Positions 1-9,978 of a stretch of 49,388 nt of DNA are shown here, piece by piece. The stretch is taken from positions 1 to 49,388 of IMG/VR virus record IMGVR_UViG_3300037482_000423. One strand, written 5' to 3'. Made by a program: the position numbers and the translations under genes. A model generated the notes under the pieces. It made no database searches and had not been told where the DNA came from. It was given only the letters and a program-made list of their open reading frames with translations. How positions within the stretch are numbered: position 1 is the stretch's first letter; the number at the start of each line of letters is the position of its first letter. The stretch comes from a virus. Taxonomy: Duplodnaviria > Caudoviricetes.

Positions 1-1259
1 CCCGCCCGAGATCCCAGTGCCGCACCGGCAGTGAGGCCGCCGACGGCCGCCGCCGTGCCCAGCTTTGACGCTGCTATCCCCCCGGAGATTCCACCCGCAA
101 CCGCCCCGGCCCCCCGCAAGGTGCCCTCCGCAGCATCCGCCGCCGCGATAGTCTTCCTCCCGGTTGCCTGAACCGCCCGGCCGCCGGTCTGGATAACCTG
201 GCCCGTCGAGGGCAGTTTCTCCGCCACCTTCAGGCCCATCTGCTTCGCGGCCGCCAAAGCTTTCGCGGCCGTCGGTGCCCGCAGCACCACTTGGCCCCCC
301 TTCCGAGCAAGTGCGAAGCCACCGGCGAATGCGCCGCCCGTGCCGATCAGCGTAAGGGGATCCACCGTGGACAAGGCCGCGATGGCCTCCTCGTCCAACT
401 CGATTCCCTCCTTGCGGAGAGTATCAGCATCAAGCTTGGTGAACTTTGCGGCCTCGCCCCGACCCTGCACCACCCGCTCCGCCTGCCGGGCAAACTCCAC
501 ATCATCCAGCAACTGGCCGCGTAATTGTTCGGGGGTTGCCTTTTGCAAGTCCTCCTCAGACGTCAGGAACTTACGCTTGCCCTGCCGGATCAAATTCGCC
601 ATGCCAAAAGCCGCCGTCTCCGACCCCGCCGAAACTTCCGCGATGGCCTTCTTCTGCCCGCGCTTGGTTTCTTTGACCAACTCCGCCCGTGTCTGAGGAT
701 CTGTGAACAACCCCAGGAAAGTATTCACCGCCGGCTGCAAGCCAACGTCAATAACCCGGGAAGTCAAATCGCGGGCACCTTTGAGAAATTCCATCCCCAC
801 CGCCGGGGCCGCCTTGAGCGACTCTCCCACAACGTCCAAGGTAACGCCCTTGATCCGCTGGAGCCGGTATGCCTCCAAAAGTTTCTGGGCCTTCTCGGGG
901 TTGGACCCGTCGAAAATCTCGGGGTTGGCAATGGCATACTGCACCGGGTTGAACTCGGGAGAATTCACCAGTTCTTGGGGAGATAACACATCCAAGTCTT
1001 CCGCGTCCTCGAACGCGGCAAACTCGTCATCGGTTGCATCCTCGAATTGGGCAAACTCGTCCACCGCACCGGCGGACACCGCAACCTCTTCATCGGTTGC
1101 ATCCTCGAACTGCGCGAACTCGTCCACCGGTGCGGCTGGCTGCCGTAACGGCGGGACGGGGGCCGACATACCGGCGGCAAGGTCTGCGACGGTGCGAGGG
1201 GGAACGGGAGCGATACCCGCGCCGGTTACCAAGGGGGTGCTGTCAAAAGAGACGGCCAT
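1..1259 (-). CDS. Large internal virion / DNA-ejection protein, N-terminal part (runs off left edge)
   Basis: Not in the ORF track because it has no stop in the window. Manual translation from ATG at 1259 (MAVSFDSTPLVTGAG...) stays open to the edge (~419 codons). It has acidic DEFAQFEDATD repeats and an Ala/Gly-rich hydrophobic stretch, and is third in the ejection-protein cluster. Confidence 0.65.
   Translation of the reverse strand, partial: MAVSFDSTPLVTGAGIAPVPPRTVADLAAGMSAPVPPLRQPAAPVDEFAQFEDATDEEVAVSAGAVDEFAQFEDATDDEFAAFEDAEDLDVLSPQELVNSPEFNPVQYAIANPEIFDGSNPEKAQKLLEAYRLQRIKGVTLDVVGESLKAAPAVGMEFLKGARDLTSRVIDVGLQPAVNTFLGLFTDPQTRAELVKETKRGQKKAIAEVSAGSETAAFGMANLIRQGKRKFLTSEEDLQKATPEQLRGQLLDDVEFARQAERVVQGRGEAAKFTKLDADTLRKEGIELDEEAIAALSTVDPLTLIGTGGAFAGGFALARKGGQVVLRAPTAAKALAAAKQMGLKVAEKLPSTGQVIQTGGRAVQATGRKTIAAADAAEGTLRGAGAVAGGISGGIAASKLGTAAAVGGLTAGAALGSRA
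1002..1129 (-). repeat. Intragenic direct repeat encoding DEFAQFEDATD(E/D) x2 plus DEFAAFEDA
   Basis: 1027-1066 and 1090-1129 match at 37/40 nt with a 63-nt period; a third degenerate copy lies at ~1002-1028. Confidence 0.85.
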
Positions 1260-1261
1260 GG

Positions 1262-2677
1262 TTACCTTCGGAAATTGGGGTTACGCTTGTTGCGACCGTC
1301 GGGGGTCTTGAAAAATTCAACGTCCGGGGGAAGCGCGGAAACATCCGCCGCGCTTCGGATGGTAACCAGCCTGGCAGGAGCCGCCGATGCGGCAGGGGTG
1401 CCCGCCAGTTCGGCCGGCGACAGATCCCGGAATTCTTTGCCCGGGGTGGCTTTCTTCTTCCCGAGGCGTATGGCTTCCATCTCCGCGAATTCGCTATCCG
1501 AAACCACTTTCCACTCTGACTTGATGTCCCCTTTTGTGGGGGTAGCAACGCCTTGAAACTTCTCTGTGATCATAGCTTGTTGCGCCGGGGGGAGACCCAT
1601 CAGCGCGACCCCTTGCATGGTGGCAAGGGCAGTGCTACGCAGCGTGCGCTTTTGGGCCACCACTTCCGGCGCATCGCCCGGCTGGGGAAAATACTGCTGG
1701 TTGGCCCCCGAGTATTCCGACGCCGCGATGGCCGCGCCGGACTCCTTGCGGAGAACCGCCGCCATCCAGTTCCGCTTTGCGGCCTCATACCGCTGCGCCT
1801 CCGGGGTAACCGCCATCCCGGGAATCCCAAGAGAGTTGACGACCGCCGACAGACCAAGCCGGGACGCAATCTGCTGCCCGGCTTCATTCATTCCGACGGC
1901 ATTATACCCGCCCTCCTCCAAGGCGTCAACATTGGCCTCCGCCTGCTTCATACGCGCGGCAAATTGCACACCATTGGCCTGCTGTTCCGTCAAAGATTTT
2001 TCCCCAATCTCAGTGACCCCAAGAATTTCCCGGCCGATCTCCCGGCCGCTGGCATCATACTGGACCCGCACCCGGTGCTTGTCGTATGTCTCAGGGTCAA
2101 TCTCCTCAAACGTCTCCACGGTAGGCTTCCCCGTGAACCGCCGCATCTCATTACGAAATTCCTGGATGCTGTCAAACGCCTCCCGGTTTTTCTTGGAGAT
2201 TTCGTCAGCCGACTCCGGGACCTTCTCACCCGGCCGGGTGCGACGGTAGAACGCCAAAGCGTTTTCGGTGGACGCAAACGGCTGGGACCCCAGCAAACCG
2301 GAAATCTGCTCCACTTGGTCTTGGACCTGTAAACGCTGGTTCTCGAAAACATCGGGCTGGATTGCCAGCGCCGCCTCGGTCTCGGCGGCCTTGCCTTGCA
2401 GTTCCATCTCGGCCAACGCCTGCCGGCTGGGTGCGGTGGCAATATCCGCTTGCAGCGCCAGTTGCTGGCTCTTGGCCTGTAATGGTAACATGTTCAGACC
2501 AACCGCTGCTTGTGCGCCCGCCAGTTTTTCCTGCGGTGATGTGGTGACCGCGTTAGCGATTTCCTCCCCCGACAGGATGCCCTGTTGAAAGGCGAGCTGT
2601 AAATTACGAATACCGGGGGAGATATCCCTCGGTTCCCGGACGTTTGATATTGCGCGCGCGTCGATGGCCATGCTCAA
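1262..2677 (-). CDS. Probable DNA-transfer/ejection (internal virion) protein
   Basis: 471 aa, Gln/Ala-rich helical protein. Contains the block AVLRKESGAAI...QYFPQPGD..EVVAQK that I recognise from podovirus injection-type proteins, and sits in the matching position. Confidence 0.65.
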   Translation of the reverse strand: MSMAIDARAISNVREPRDISPGIRNLQLAFQQGILSGEEIANAVTTSPQEKLAGAQAAVGLNMLPLQAKSQQLALQADIATAPSRQALAEMELQGKAAETEAALAIQPDVFENQRLQVQDQVEQISGLLGSQPFASTENALAFYRRTRPGEKVPESADEISKKNREAFDSIQEFRNEMRRFTGKPTVETFEEIDPETYDKHRVRVQYDASGREIGREILGVTEIGEKSLTEQQANGVQFAARMKQAEANVDALEEGGYNAVGMNEAGQQIASRLGLSAVVNSLGIPGMAVTPEAQRYEAAKRNWMAAVLRKESGAAIAASEYSGANQQYFPQPGDAPEVVAQKRTLRSTALATMQGVALMGLPPAQQAMITEKFQGVATPTKGDIKSEWKVVSDSEFAEMEAIRLGKKKATPGKEFRDLSPAELAGTPAASAAPARLVTIRSAADVSALPPDVEFFKTPDGRNKRNPNFRR

Positions 2678-3609
2678 GATTTCAAGGCCGCAAGAAGTTC
2701 CTTATTGAACTTACTTTGGTCTCGCTGTTGAAGTGTGGATGTGGCCAACCCGGCACCCTGGCCGATCAGTTGGTTAAACAGTTGCCCCTGGGCCAATGCA
2801 GCGTTGGCGGCCGCATCGCCCTTCTGGCTCAGGAGTTGGTTCGCCGTGCCGGCCTTGTTCAGCTCGATATTCACGACGTCTTCCCCGGTGATACCAACGT
2901 CAGGGACCAGAGCATTGCCAGTTCCAAAAATGCTTTGTTGGCGGGCAAGATTCGTGGTCTGGAGATCCTTCAGCTTCGGGAAAATGCTGCCCAGGATGTT
3001 TACGCGGGCGTTCTCGATATCCTGCGCCGCACCCGTGAGGTTGATGGCCTGGGTTTGCCGCTGTTGCTTCAGGGCCAACCCCTCGCGGCCGATAAGTTTC
3101 CGGAGGGCAACCCCGCCCGCACCCTGGCCTGTGGTTCCAATTCCGGCTCCGCCAGCGCGCTCAAGTCCAGTCCGCACCAACTCCGCCTGAAAATCCGGGG
3201 GCAGCGTGGCACCGGCGGCCAGCTCGGACTTGGCCTCGTCCAAAAGCTGCTGCTTGAGTGCTACCAGCTTGGGATCCGCGTCCCGCACCTCTGAAAAGAG
3301 CTGATCGGCCAGGAGATCCCCCTGGCCAGCGCCCTGTTGTGCTTCACGCAGAATGCCCTCTGCGCCAACCCGGCGGACCGCAGCCAACGCCGGGTCAACC
3401 TGCTGTTGGGCCAACAATGAATTCGCGCGCCGGGCAATGTCCTGCAGGGTGGCTTGCCGCGCCAACGCCTGCGGATCCAGGGCGTCAAGCCGCTTCTGCT
3501 GCTGCTTTATGGCCTTCAGTTGGGCGTCCAGAGCATCATCTTGCGCGCTTGCGCCAATCAGGGCGCTCCCGACTTGTGCCCCCGCTGTAATTAATCCGGC
3601 CCAACCCAT
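2674..3609 (-). CDS. Probable small ejection protein (P22 gp7 / T7 gp14-like position)
   Basis: 311 aa. Starts with a hydrophobic Gly/Ala helix (MGWAGLITAGAQVGSALIGASAQ) followed by Q/A-rich coiled coil, immediately downstream of the GNAT gene. Confidence 0.6.
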   Translation of the reverse strand: MGWAGLITAGAQVGSALIGASAQDDALDAQLKAIKQQQKRLDALDPQALARQATLQDIARRANSLLAQQQVDPALAAVRRVGAEGILREAQQGAGQGDLLADQLFSEVRDADPKLVALKQQLLDEAKSELAAGATLPPDFQAELVRTGLERAGGAGIGTTGQGAGGVALRKLIGREGLALKQQRQTQAINLTGAAQDIENARVNILGSIFPKLKDLQTTNLARQQSIFGTGNALVPDVGITGEDVVNIELNKAGTANQLLSQKGDAAANAALAQGQLFNQLIGQGAGLATSTLQQRDQSKFNKELLAALKS

Positions 3610-4064
3610 TATAACTCCTTAACGTGAACTGTTTCCAACTCCATAAAACCCTGAGACTGGTAAAACCGTCTCAACAAATCATTGCTGTCGTTGTGGGTCA
3701 GCCGGGAACTGCTCACAACCCTCACCCCGCGCCGCCTGGCCTCCTGCCAAAAAAGCTTGATCAGTGTCCACCCCAACGCCCTTCCCCTAAACTTCGGGAC
3801 AACATACCAAAGCAATTCGTCCCCCCGTAGGGTGCCGTTGTTCATGTCCTCGAAGAAGATGCCGCCGGCCGCCCCCATTACTTCCTGACTCCCATCCTCC
3901 TCTGCCAAAAGCATTACCCCGACATTCAGGGACAAGAGCCGCGTCCAGTTTCGGACCCAAACCTCCTTCACCGGGGCCAGCGGATGCTTCGATTGCGCGT
4001 AAAGCTGTTCACAGCAAGCATCATATATTCGCGGCAGATCGCCCGCGACGGCCGGCAAAATCAT
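3609..4064 (-). CDS. GNAT-family acetyltransferase
   Basis: Acetyl-CoA motif WYVVPKFRGRALG and C-terminal RRFYQSQGF. ATG at 4064 is preferred over GTG at 4091. A GNAT-fold gene before the ejection genes is typical of podoviruses. Confidence 0.8.
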   Translation of the reverse strand: MILPAVAGDLPRIYDACCEQLYAQSKHPLAPVKEVWVRNWTRLLSLNVGVMLLAEEDGSQEVMGAAGGIFFEDMNNGTLRGDELLWYVVPKFRGRALGWTLIKLFWQEARRRGVRVVSSSRLTHNDSNDLLRRFYQSQGFMELETVHVKEL

Positions 4065-4103
4065 ATCCAAAGGATTCCCGATTCCCCCCACCCCGTCAAG
4101 CCG

Positions 4104-5171
4104 TTACAGCTTGACAAGACACCAGAAAGCCGCCGACGGCTGCAGATTGTTGTGGGCTTCGGCAACCGCCGTGTAGGCGGCTGCCGCCGACGCGGACAAC
4201 TGAACCGATGTGATAAACTGCGTCCCCGCAGGGCCAGTCCCAATCGAGCCCGAGATCGTTCCATCCGAGGAACCGTCACCGTTGATCTGGAAGCCGTTGG
4301 GCGGCACAGGGGCCGGGATCGCAAGGGTGTCCACAGACTCCACCCGGAAAAATTGCCCGTTGTTGTCGGAATTCAAAAGCGTGGCGTGACCCACGAGGTG
4401 GGTGTGCTGCTCGTGCTCCGCCGACGTCAGAATGTGCGTCTCCTCACCATACAGATCACCACTTTGGCGGGACGTGATCCCTGAGCCCACCGCGCGGTTT
4501 TCCACGCCGCCCGTTCCATCTGCATTCGCAGAAACAAAGACTCGTCCGCGAAGATCCACATTGTTGGTGCCGATCTCCTGCCAACCGGGATTCGCGGCCA
4601 GCGCGCCCGCAATCGTGGGGTAGGAGACAAATTTCAAATCCCCAGGAACCCCGGAGACGGTGCGCCAAAGTCCGCGCTCCCACCAAATCAGCGCCGCGAT
4701 GTCGGAGTCGTAATACTTCTGCAACTCCACGGGGTTGGCCGGCCGGCTCGCGGTCGGCCCGCTCTGAACAATGTTGGCGTCCGGCTGCCAGACCGACCCG
4801 TTGAAAAAATACCACCCCACGTAATTCACGACGCTCCCGATTGTGTTGGTCCGGAGCCACACCGACGGGTTGCTGGAACTGGGGGTGGCGTCCTGGATAT
4901 GGAACGGAATCGTCTCTGAATCAGAAATGTCCTGCGGCACATAACGGCCCAGGTTCTCGTCAAAGACATACCACTTGGTCCCGCCCTTGAGCCAAGGACC
5001 CTGGTTGCTCACCGGCTCTGTGTCGCCAATCACAAAAAATGTGCCGCCAAAAGGCGAAACAATTTTCATGCGCCGCACCATGGCGTCAAAAAACTCTTGC
5101 GGGTCCCCCTCGAAATTCGGGGGAAGCGCTGAGGCTTGGATCTGTAGTTGGGTTTGCTCTGTCGCCGCCAT
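4104..5171 (-). CDS. Tail fibre / tail-collar-like protein
   Basis: C-terminal DLRGRV...GEETHILTSAEHEQHTH...AHNNLQPS pattern typical of short-tail-fibre/collar proteins. Start taken at MAATEQ. Confidence 0.65.
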   Translation of the reverse strand: MAATEQTQLQIQASALPPNFEGDPQEFFDAMVRRMKIVSPFGGTFFVIGDTEPVSNQGPWLKGGTKWYVFDENLGRYVPQDISDSETIPFHIQDATPSSSNPSVWLRTNTIGSVVNYVGWYFFNGSVWQPDANIVQSGPTASRPANPVELQKYYDSDIAALIWWERGLWRTVSGVPGDLKFVSYPTIAGALAANPGWQEIGTNNVDLRGRVFVSANADGTGGVENRAVGSGITSRQSGDLYGEETHILTSAEHEQHTHLVGHATLLNSDNNGQFFRVESVDTLAIPAPVPPNGFQINGDGSSDGTISGSIGTGPAGTQFITSVQLSASAAAAYTAVAEAHNNLQPSAAFWCLVKL

Positions 5172-5172
5172 A

Positions 5173-6420
5173 TTAATATTCCTCCACAATCAAACATTCA
5201 GGACCAGTTTTGCATCCAGCTTCCCGGTAATAACGCCCGTCGGGCGTTAGGTCGATGCCCTTGATCCCCGACCAGAGGAGAACGGTCCCGGATAAGTCTG
5301 CCGCAAAACTGCTGATTGTCATCCGCCATCCGCCGCCGGTTGGAGAAGTGGGGTGATCCTGGATATACTCAACCTGGATTGCGACCTTCACGCCCCCTAG
5401 GATCGAAACGGCCGCTAAGGGCTGCCAAACTGCAACATTGACGCCAAATGACAAAACTCGCTGATCAAAAACACCGTCCCAAGCCGGGTCCCCGCTGGCA
5501 AACAACTCCAGGCAAGCATCCCCCGACCAAATAGAAGGATCATAATCCTGGATCCGAACACGCGCCGGCATGTCGGGGTAGGTCCCCGTTCGGCGAAGAT
5601 TGAACGTGGGGTTGGGAGACCCCGCGACCGGGTTTGACCCGGCTCCCGCGAAGTCAATCCCGATTGTCCCGGCGGTGTGTTCAAACTCCTGGCTAAGACC
5701 GATGGGCACTTCCGCCTCAACCTCCCCCTGAGACGGCGCACCGTAAGACCCGCCCAGGTCCGGATCGAAGGTATTCGTGCCACCGTTCCACTCCCACAAG
5801 TAGGCCAAAAATTTCCATTCTGGGGCCGGGTGGGGGTTATCATCATTCTGGAACGCGCCGCCCGTGTAGGTGATCTTGAAGCGGGCGTGGGAGAACGTCC
5901 CCCATACCGTGTTACTATTCGCTGACGTATCCGGTGCCAGGTCACCAAAATTCGTGTCTTCCGCAATGACAAGCTGGTCAGGCGTGGGGGTGCCAGACTC
6001 CGCCGGGCAATCGCCAGGGTCCGGAGGCGGGATCGGGGTAGTGGAGGTTGTGGCAAAATCTGACAAAGGTCCTTCACCATCGGGCGTGATGGTTGAGATC
6101 CGGTAATACCATGAGCCCGGGCCAGGATTGTCGTCATACTGCAGAATGGTCTGGCAACTAGAAATCAACTGGTAAGGTCCATCCGGCCCCAGCGAACGAT
6201 AAACATTGTAGCAAAGTCCTCGCTTAACCGCGTTCCAGGTTATCGTCAAAGTGCTATCCCCAACCACCAGCAAGCCCGTGGGGAAAGGGATTTCGTCAAA
6301 CGGGAGAATGTTAATCTCCACGTCTCCAGACTGACCGCTGATCTCTTCACAGATAAGCGGGGAAATGTAGTCGATCACGAATTCCCGGCGCGTGATGGGT
6401 TTGGAAATCGTCAAAGACAT
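5173..6420 (-). CDS. Virion/tail protein with N-terminal fibronectin type III-like domain
   Basis: LTITWNAV...YNVYRS...YDDNPGPGSWYYRISTI...GEGPLS is an FN3 signature, followed by a Pro/Thr linker. Located in the tail module. Confidence 0.6.
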   Translation of the reverse strand: MSLTISKPITRREFVIDYISPLICEEISGQSGDVEINILPFDEIPFPTGLLVVGDSTLTITWNAVKRGLCYNVYRSLGPDGPYQLISSCQTILQYDDNPGPGSWYYRISTITPDGEGPLSDFATTSTTPIPPPDPGDCPAESGTPTPDQLVIAEDTNFGDLAPDTSANSNTVWGTFSHARFKITYTGGAFQNDDNPHPAPEWKFLAYLWEWNGGTNTFDPDLGGSYGAPSQGEVEAEVPIGLSQEFEHTAGTIGIDFAGAGSNPVAGSPNPTFNLRRTGTYPDMPARVRIQDYDPSIWSGDACLELFASGDPAWDGVFDQRVLSFGVNVAVWQPLAAVSILGGVKVAIQVEYIQDHPTSPTGGGWRMTISSFAADLSGTVLLWSGIKGIDLTPDGRYYREAGCKTGPECLIVEEY

Positions 6421-8390
6421 GCGGCATCCACTCCTCCCAAAACTGGCGGCACCGACGATTCCAGTTCATGTGCAATGCGTGCGCGAGCAACTGACTCCGC
6501 GATCTTAACTGCATCCTTCTGACTTATCACGGAAATCCCTTCCCCCATCTGCACCGATTGGACTCCCTTGACCGAGTCGGAGATCGACACGTTGGCCCGG
6601 AAAATCTCGGGGGAAATCTCCAGGTCCTCCAAAACCTCGTCCACCGTCCCCTTGGATGATGCGCCGTCGTAACGCACGGCCCGTTCCTCCACCTCGTCCT
6701 CCTCGCACTGGCCATCCAGGATATCGTTGACGGGATCAAAGAACATGCGGATACCCCGGACGGCCCCGGGACCGCTGCCGACAATGAAAAGCTGGAAGGC
6801 ATCATCAATGGACTCCTTGAGGTTATACTCCACCCCGCAAGAGCTGTCCGAGACCTCGTCCAGGTTGCGGACGTCCTGGGTGCGAACCCTGCGGGATTGC
6901 TTTTTGAGGGCGAATATGTTCCGGCCGGCCTGGAGCAGCCGGTCAAAACGAATACTCCCGCGCGTTGCGCGAATTCGTTTGGCCAACACTTTCTTGAACG
7001 CGCCGCGATTCGCGCCGGCCCAGAAAACGGCGACGTCAAAATCCCCGGAAATCTCGCTGAGGAAAACGTCGGCATACCGAAATTCCTTGTCCTGCAACGG
7101 CAGGCGGGCGAAGTATCCCCGCGATTCCAGCGTCCATGTGATCGGGCAACCGTCGTCCCGGCGGTCGGGGATGAACCCCTCCCACAGCCGGTTAAGCCCG
7201 TCAAAATCCGTGCTGCTATAAAACGCGCGCTGGATATTCTGGACGTCCCCGATTGACCACTCAACCGGACGTGTCCCCGTCCAATAGGTGTTCCACGCCA
7301 CGGGCGCGCCACCCGACACTGTATCCGCGATGGAATTGTCCAGGACCCATGTGTGCCGGTTGTAGGTGTCGCCATAGGGGACACTCACCAGAAGGTAATT
7401 CTCATAAGAGTTGACAACGATGCCAGAAAAATCCCCCAGAATGCGGCCCTTGCTGACCGACATTTCATTGTCCGTGTAGGGAAGCTTGGAAGTTTGGACC
7501 GAAAGGGAGGCGGCGTTGAACGACGTCAACCCGAAGGCCGAATACCACCAAAGAAGCCCGTAGTGAGCCCGCACCGATTTAGGTGCCCGACATCCGATGT
7601 TCGGCAACACGACCCGCTGAAAATCAGCGGTATCCGGCCAGGTATCCCGCGCGCGAATGTCCGCCCGAAACAAACTCGTCGTGTTCGATGTGAACACCAT
7701 CAAGTGTTGCGAGTTGAGACTGGGCGTAATGGCCATGGCCGTTACATCCTCGGGCAGGATGAAGTAAGGACTCCCGCCAAGATAAGTGTCGTCGGTATAC
7801 GAGAAGGGATCCGCGATGTCGGAGGCGAACACCTTGGAGCCCCGCGCCACCCAAAGGCGGTCCCCCACCCATGCCATGGGTCCGCCTATCGGGGTCAAGG
7901 TGTTCTGGGTTGGCGACGTGTTCCGAAGGTGGCCCGACTCGGAACCGTCAAAAAAAGCGGGGGGCGTCACCCCATCCTGTAAAATCAAAACCGACCGGGG
8001 TGTGATGAATGAAATGGACCCGTCGGCGTTCCGCTCTGTGGATTTTTCCGTGGTAACCCAATGGACACGGTCCGCCGTCTCCGACAACAGCACGTTGGTC
8101 AATAGCCGGAAGGAAGTGAAGGGGAGATCGCTAACATAGACGCGGCCGTCCACCACGAAAACAATCTGCTCTGGGGATTGCTTCGGGCGGAAAAGAATGG
8201 TGGCCTGAATTTTTCCCGTGGGCATCGCGAACAAACACCGGTAGCCCGGCCGGCACTGGACTACGCCGCCACGGTTCAACGTGTTCATGGACTGCGCGAA
8301 GAAAGCGGGATCCAACTGCGCGGGGTCAAACAGGGAATTCATCCCAAGTGCCATCGAAACATCCCCATCCACAAATCTAGTGGTGCTCAT
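6411..8390 (-). CDS. Probable tail nozzle / DNA-stabilisation protein (P22 gp10 / T7 gp12-like)
   Basis: 659 aa, beta-rich, with GDRLWVA...VFASDIADP and NIGCRAPKSV segments typical of nozzle beta-propellers. Lies downstream of the adaptor. Confidence 0.65.
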   Translation of the reverse strand: MSTTRFVDGDVSMALGMNSLFDPAQLDPAFFAQSMNTLNRGGVVQCRPGYRCLFAMPTGKIQATILFRPKQSPEQIVFVVDGRVYVSDLPFTSFRLLTNVLLSETADRVHWVTTEKSTERNADGSISFITPRSVLILQDGVTPPAFFDGSESGHLRNTSPTQNTLTPIGGPMAWVGDRLWVARGSKVFASDIADPFSYTDDTYLGGSPYFILPEDVTAMAITPSLNSQHLMVFTSNTTSLFRADIRARDTWPDTADFQRVVLPNIGCRAPKSVRAHYGLLWWYSAFGLTSFNAASLSVQTSKLPYTDNEMSVSKGRILGDFSGIVVNSYENYLLVSVPYGDTYNRHTWVLDNSIADTVSGGAPVAWNTYWTGTRPVEWSIGDVQNIQRAFYSSTDFDGLNRLWEGFIPDRRDDGCPITWTLESRGYFARLPLQDKEFRYADVFLSEISGDFDVAVFWAGANRGAFKKVLAKRIRATRGSIRFDRLLQAGRNIFALKKQSRRVRTQDVRNLDEVSDSSCGVEYNLKESIDDAFQLFIVGSGPGAVRGIRMFFDPVNDILDGQCEEDEVEERAVRYDGASSKGTVDEVLEDLEISPEIFRANVSISDSVKGVQSVQMGEGISVISQKDAVKIAESVARARIAHELESSVPPVLGGVDAACL

Positions 8391-9025
8391 TGCTGCCCCC
8401 CCTTCCTCGTAACCAACTCCCGCAGCCTACGGGCCGACTGAGCGCGCGACATATTCTCCCGGGCTGCCGCGCTGGGGCAGCGGCCAACATTCGCGGCACC
8501 GCATTTTATTTTTGCGGCCTCCGTATGGCGGAAGCCCTCGCGACGTCGTTTTTCTGCTGCGTGCCTGCGCTGAGCAATCGCCTTTGGACTTGCCTTTAGG
8601 GCCTCGCCAATCCTACGACGGGTAGCTAGGGATACCGACCGCCCAAACCGGGGGTTCCGCGAGCCACTATTCATCTGCGAAAGCCTCCCGCGAGCGGAAA
8701 GGCCGACCCGATGCCCACGGGACCCTTCGCCCCCCTCAGTTCCATTAACCAGCTTAAACCCAATCGCCCGGAAAACACGAATATATTCTCGTTCAAGGTC
8801 CCACCTCTGGACCCGGGGAACCTCGTCCAAGACATCTAAGACCGGGTCAACACCCAGCAATTGCAAAGAACGCAACCAGTTCAAGCGATGGTTCCGCAAT
8901 CGCATAACACCACGCTCCTTGAGGTGGGATTCGTAACGCAGATAAGGGTCTTCTGCAACCCCAACATATCGGATTTCCCGGGGCGCGCTAGGATCGGCAA
9001 GCGTGTAAATGAATGCTGTGGCCAT
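8387..9025 (-). CDS. Free-standing GIY-YIG homing endonuclease with NUMOD3-like repeats
   Basis: FIYTL...IRYVG...RYESH, conserved E in LEREYI and LVNGTEGGEG. Basic C-terminus with S.ATRRRIG, HTEAAKIK and S.AARENMSRA repeats. Confidence 0.85.
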   Translation of the reverse strand: MATAFIYTLADPSAPREIRYVGVAEDPYLRYESHLKERGVMRLRNHRLNWLRSLQLLGVDPVLDVLDEVPRVQRWDLEREYIRVFRAIGFKLVNGTEGGEGSRGHRVGLSARGRLSQMNSGSRNPRFGRSVSLATRRRIGEALKASPKAIAQRRHAAEKRRREGFRHTEAAKIKCGAANVGRCPSAAARENMSRAQSARRLRELVTRKGGQQ

Positions 9026-9975
9026 CAGTCTAGGTAATCCCCCTTGTCCTGGATCGTGACGTTGTCATTGACTTGAATTGGCGTTTGCGTGGGCGAGTTC
9101 GAGATCAACTGTTTCTGGCTCTCAAGCCGCGCCGCCGTGGCCTCGAACGCCTCCGCGTTGCCCAAGTCCACCTCGTCGTAATACTTCAGCGCGCGCATCA
9201 TCATCTTCAGGGCGGTGCGCGATTTCATCGGCACAAAATCATTCTGAGACCTGATCTTGAACAATCGCCGGCGATAAAAAATCCGAACCCACGCGCCGCA
9301 GTTCCTCGAAAGCTTGACGCGCGAATAAATGGACTCGTTATCATCCCAGTCCAGGACCGCCAGAAGCGTCCCGGTGAACGTGGAATTGTCGAACGAAGAA
9401 ACACGGATGGACCCCGCAGTGTCCGCCTTCCGGATCCCCGTGACCTTGGAAAAGGTGGGTGCATCCGACGCCGGCAACGCATAGCCGAACACGGTTGGAA
9501 CCAGGTAACCATTGTGCCAGGTGCCCGCGATCTCCGTCCGGATTTGCCGGCCCTGCTCGTCCAAACCGTAAACCCAAACCTCCGCACCCTCGTCCTCGGG
9601 CTTGTCCACAAAAGCGATAACCTTGGACGGACACTTGATATCCCGGAACGTCGGGAACTTCCCCAGGTCCTGCCACTTGGTTTGACAATCCACAATCCAG
9701 CCGCAATCTCCTGGTCCGTTGTAGTGGAAAGTGAACAACTGGTCCTGCGCGATGGCCGGCCGGCCGTTGATGTTCAGCGCCAGGATCGCCTCTATCTCCC
9801 GAGGTAGCGAAAGAAACTGCCCATCAGTGCAAATGTCAGCGTATCCCAGCAGGGGATCGAAGTCCCCATGCGTAGACAAAACATCAATAGCCTCGGTGAT
9901 GCGGTCAAAAAGTTTGGCCTCATCACAGATTCCAAAAATCTGCTTCGCATCGCTGAATACGTCGGAAACCAACAT
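9025..9975 (-). CDS. Probable head-tail adaptor / tail tubular protein A-like
   Basis: 316 aa. Starts MLVSDVFSDAKQIFG and ends in a helical region. Called mainly from its position directly upstream of the nozzle, separated only by the homing endonuclease. Confidence 0.5.
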   Translation of the reverse strand: MLVSDVFSDAKQIFGICDEAKLFDRITEAIDVLSTHGDFDPLLGYADICTDGQFLSLPREIEAILALNINGRPAIAQDQLFTFHYNGPGDCGWIVDCQTKWQDLGKFPTFRDIKCPSKVIAFVDKPEDEGAEVWVYGLDEQGRQIRTEIAGTWHNGYLVPTVFGYALPASDAPTFSKVTGIRKADTAGSIRVSSFDNSTFTGTLLAVLDWDDNESIYSRVKLSRNCGAWVRIFYRRRLFKIRSQNDFVPMKSRTALKMMMRALKYYDEVDLGNAEAFEATAARLESQKQLISNSPTQTPIQVNDNVTIQDKGDYLD

Positions 9976-9978
9976 GGC

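Noticed and set aside
3609-4064. GNAT as part of the glycan-modification system
   Set aside because: A GNAT-fold gene ahead of the ejection proteins is a common podovirus feature, so it needs no special explanation.
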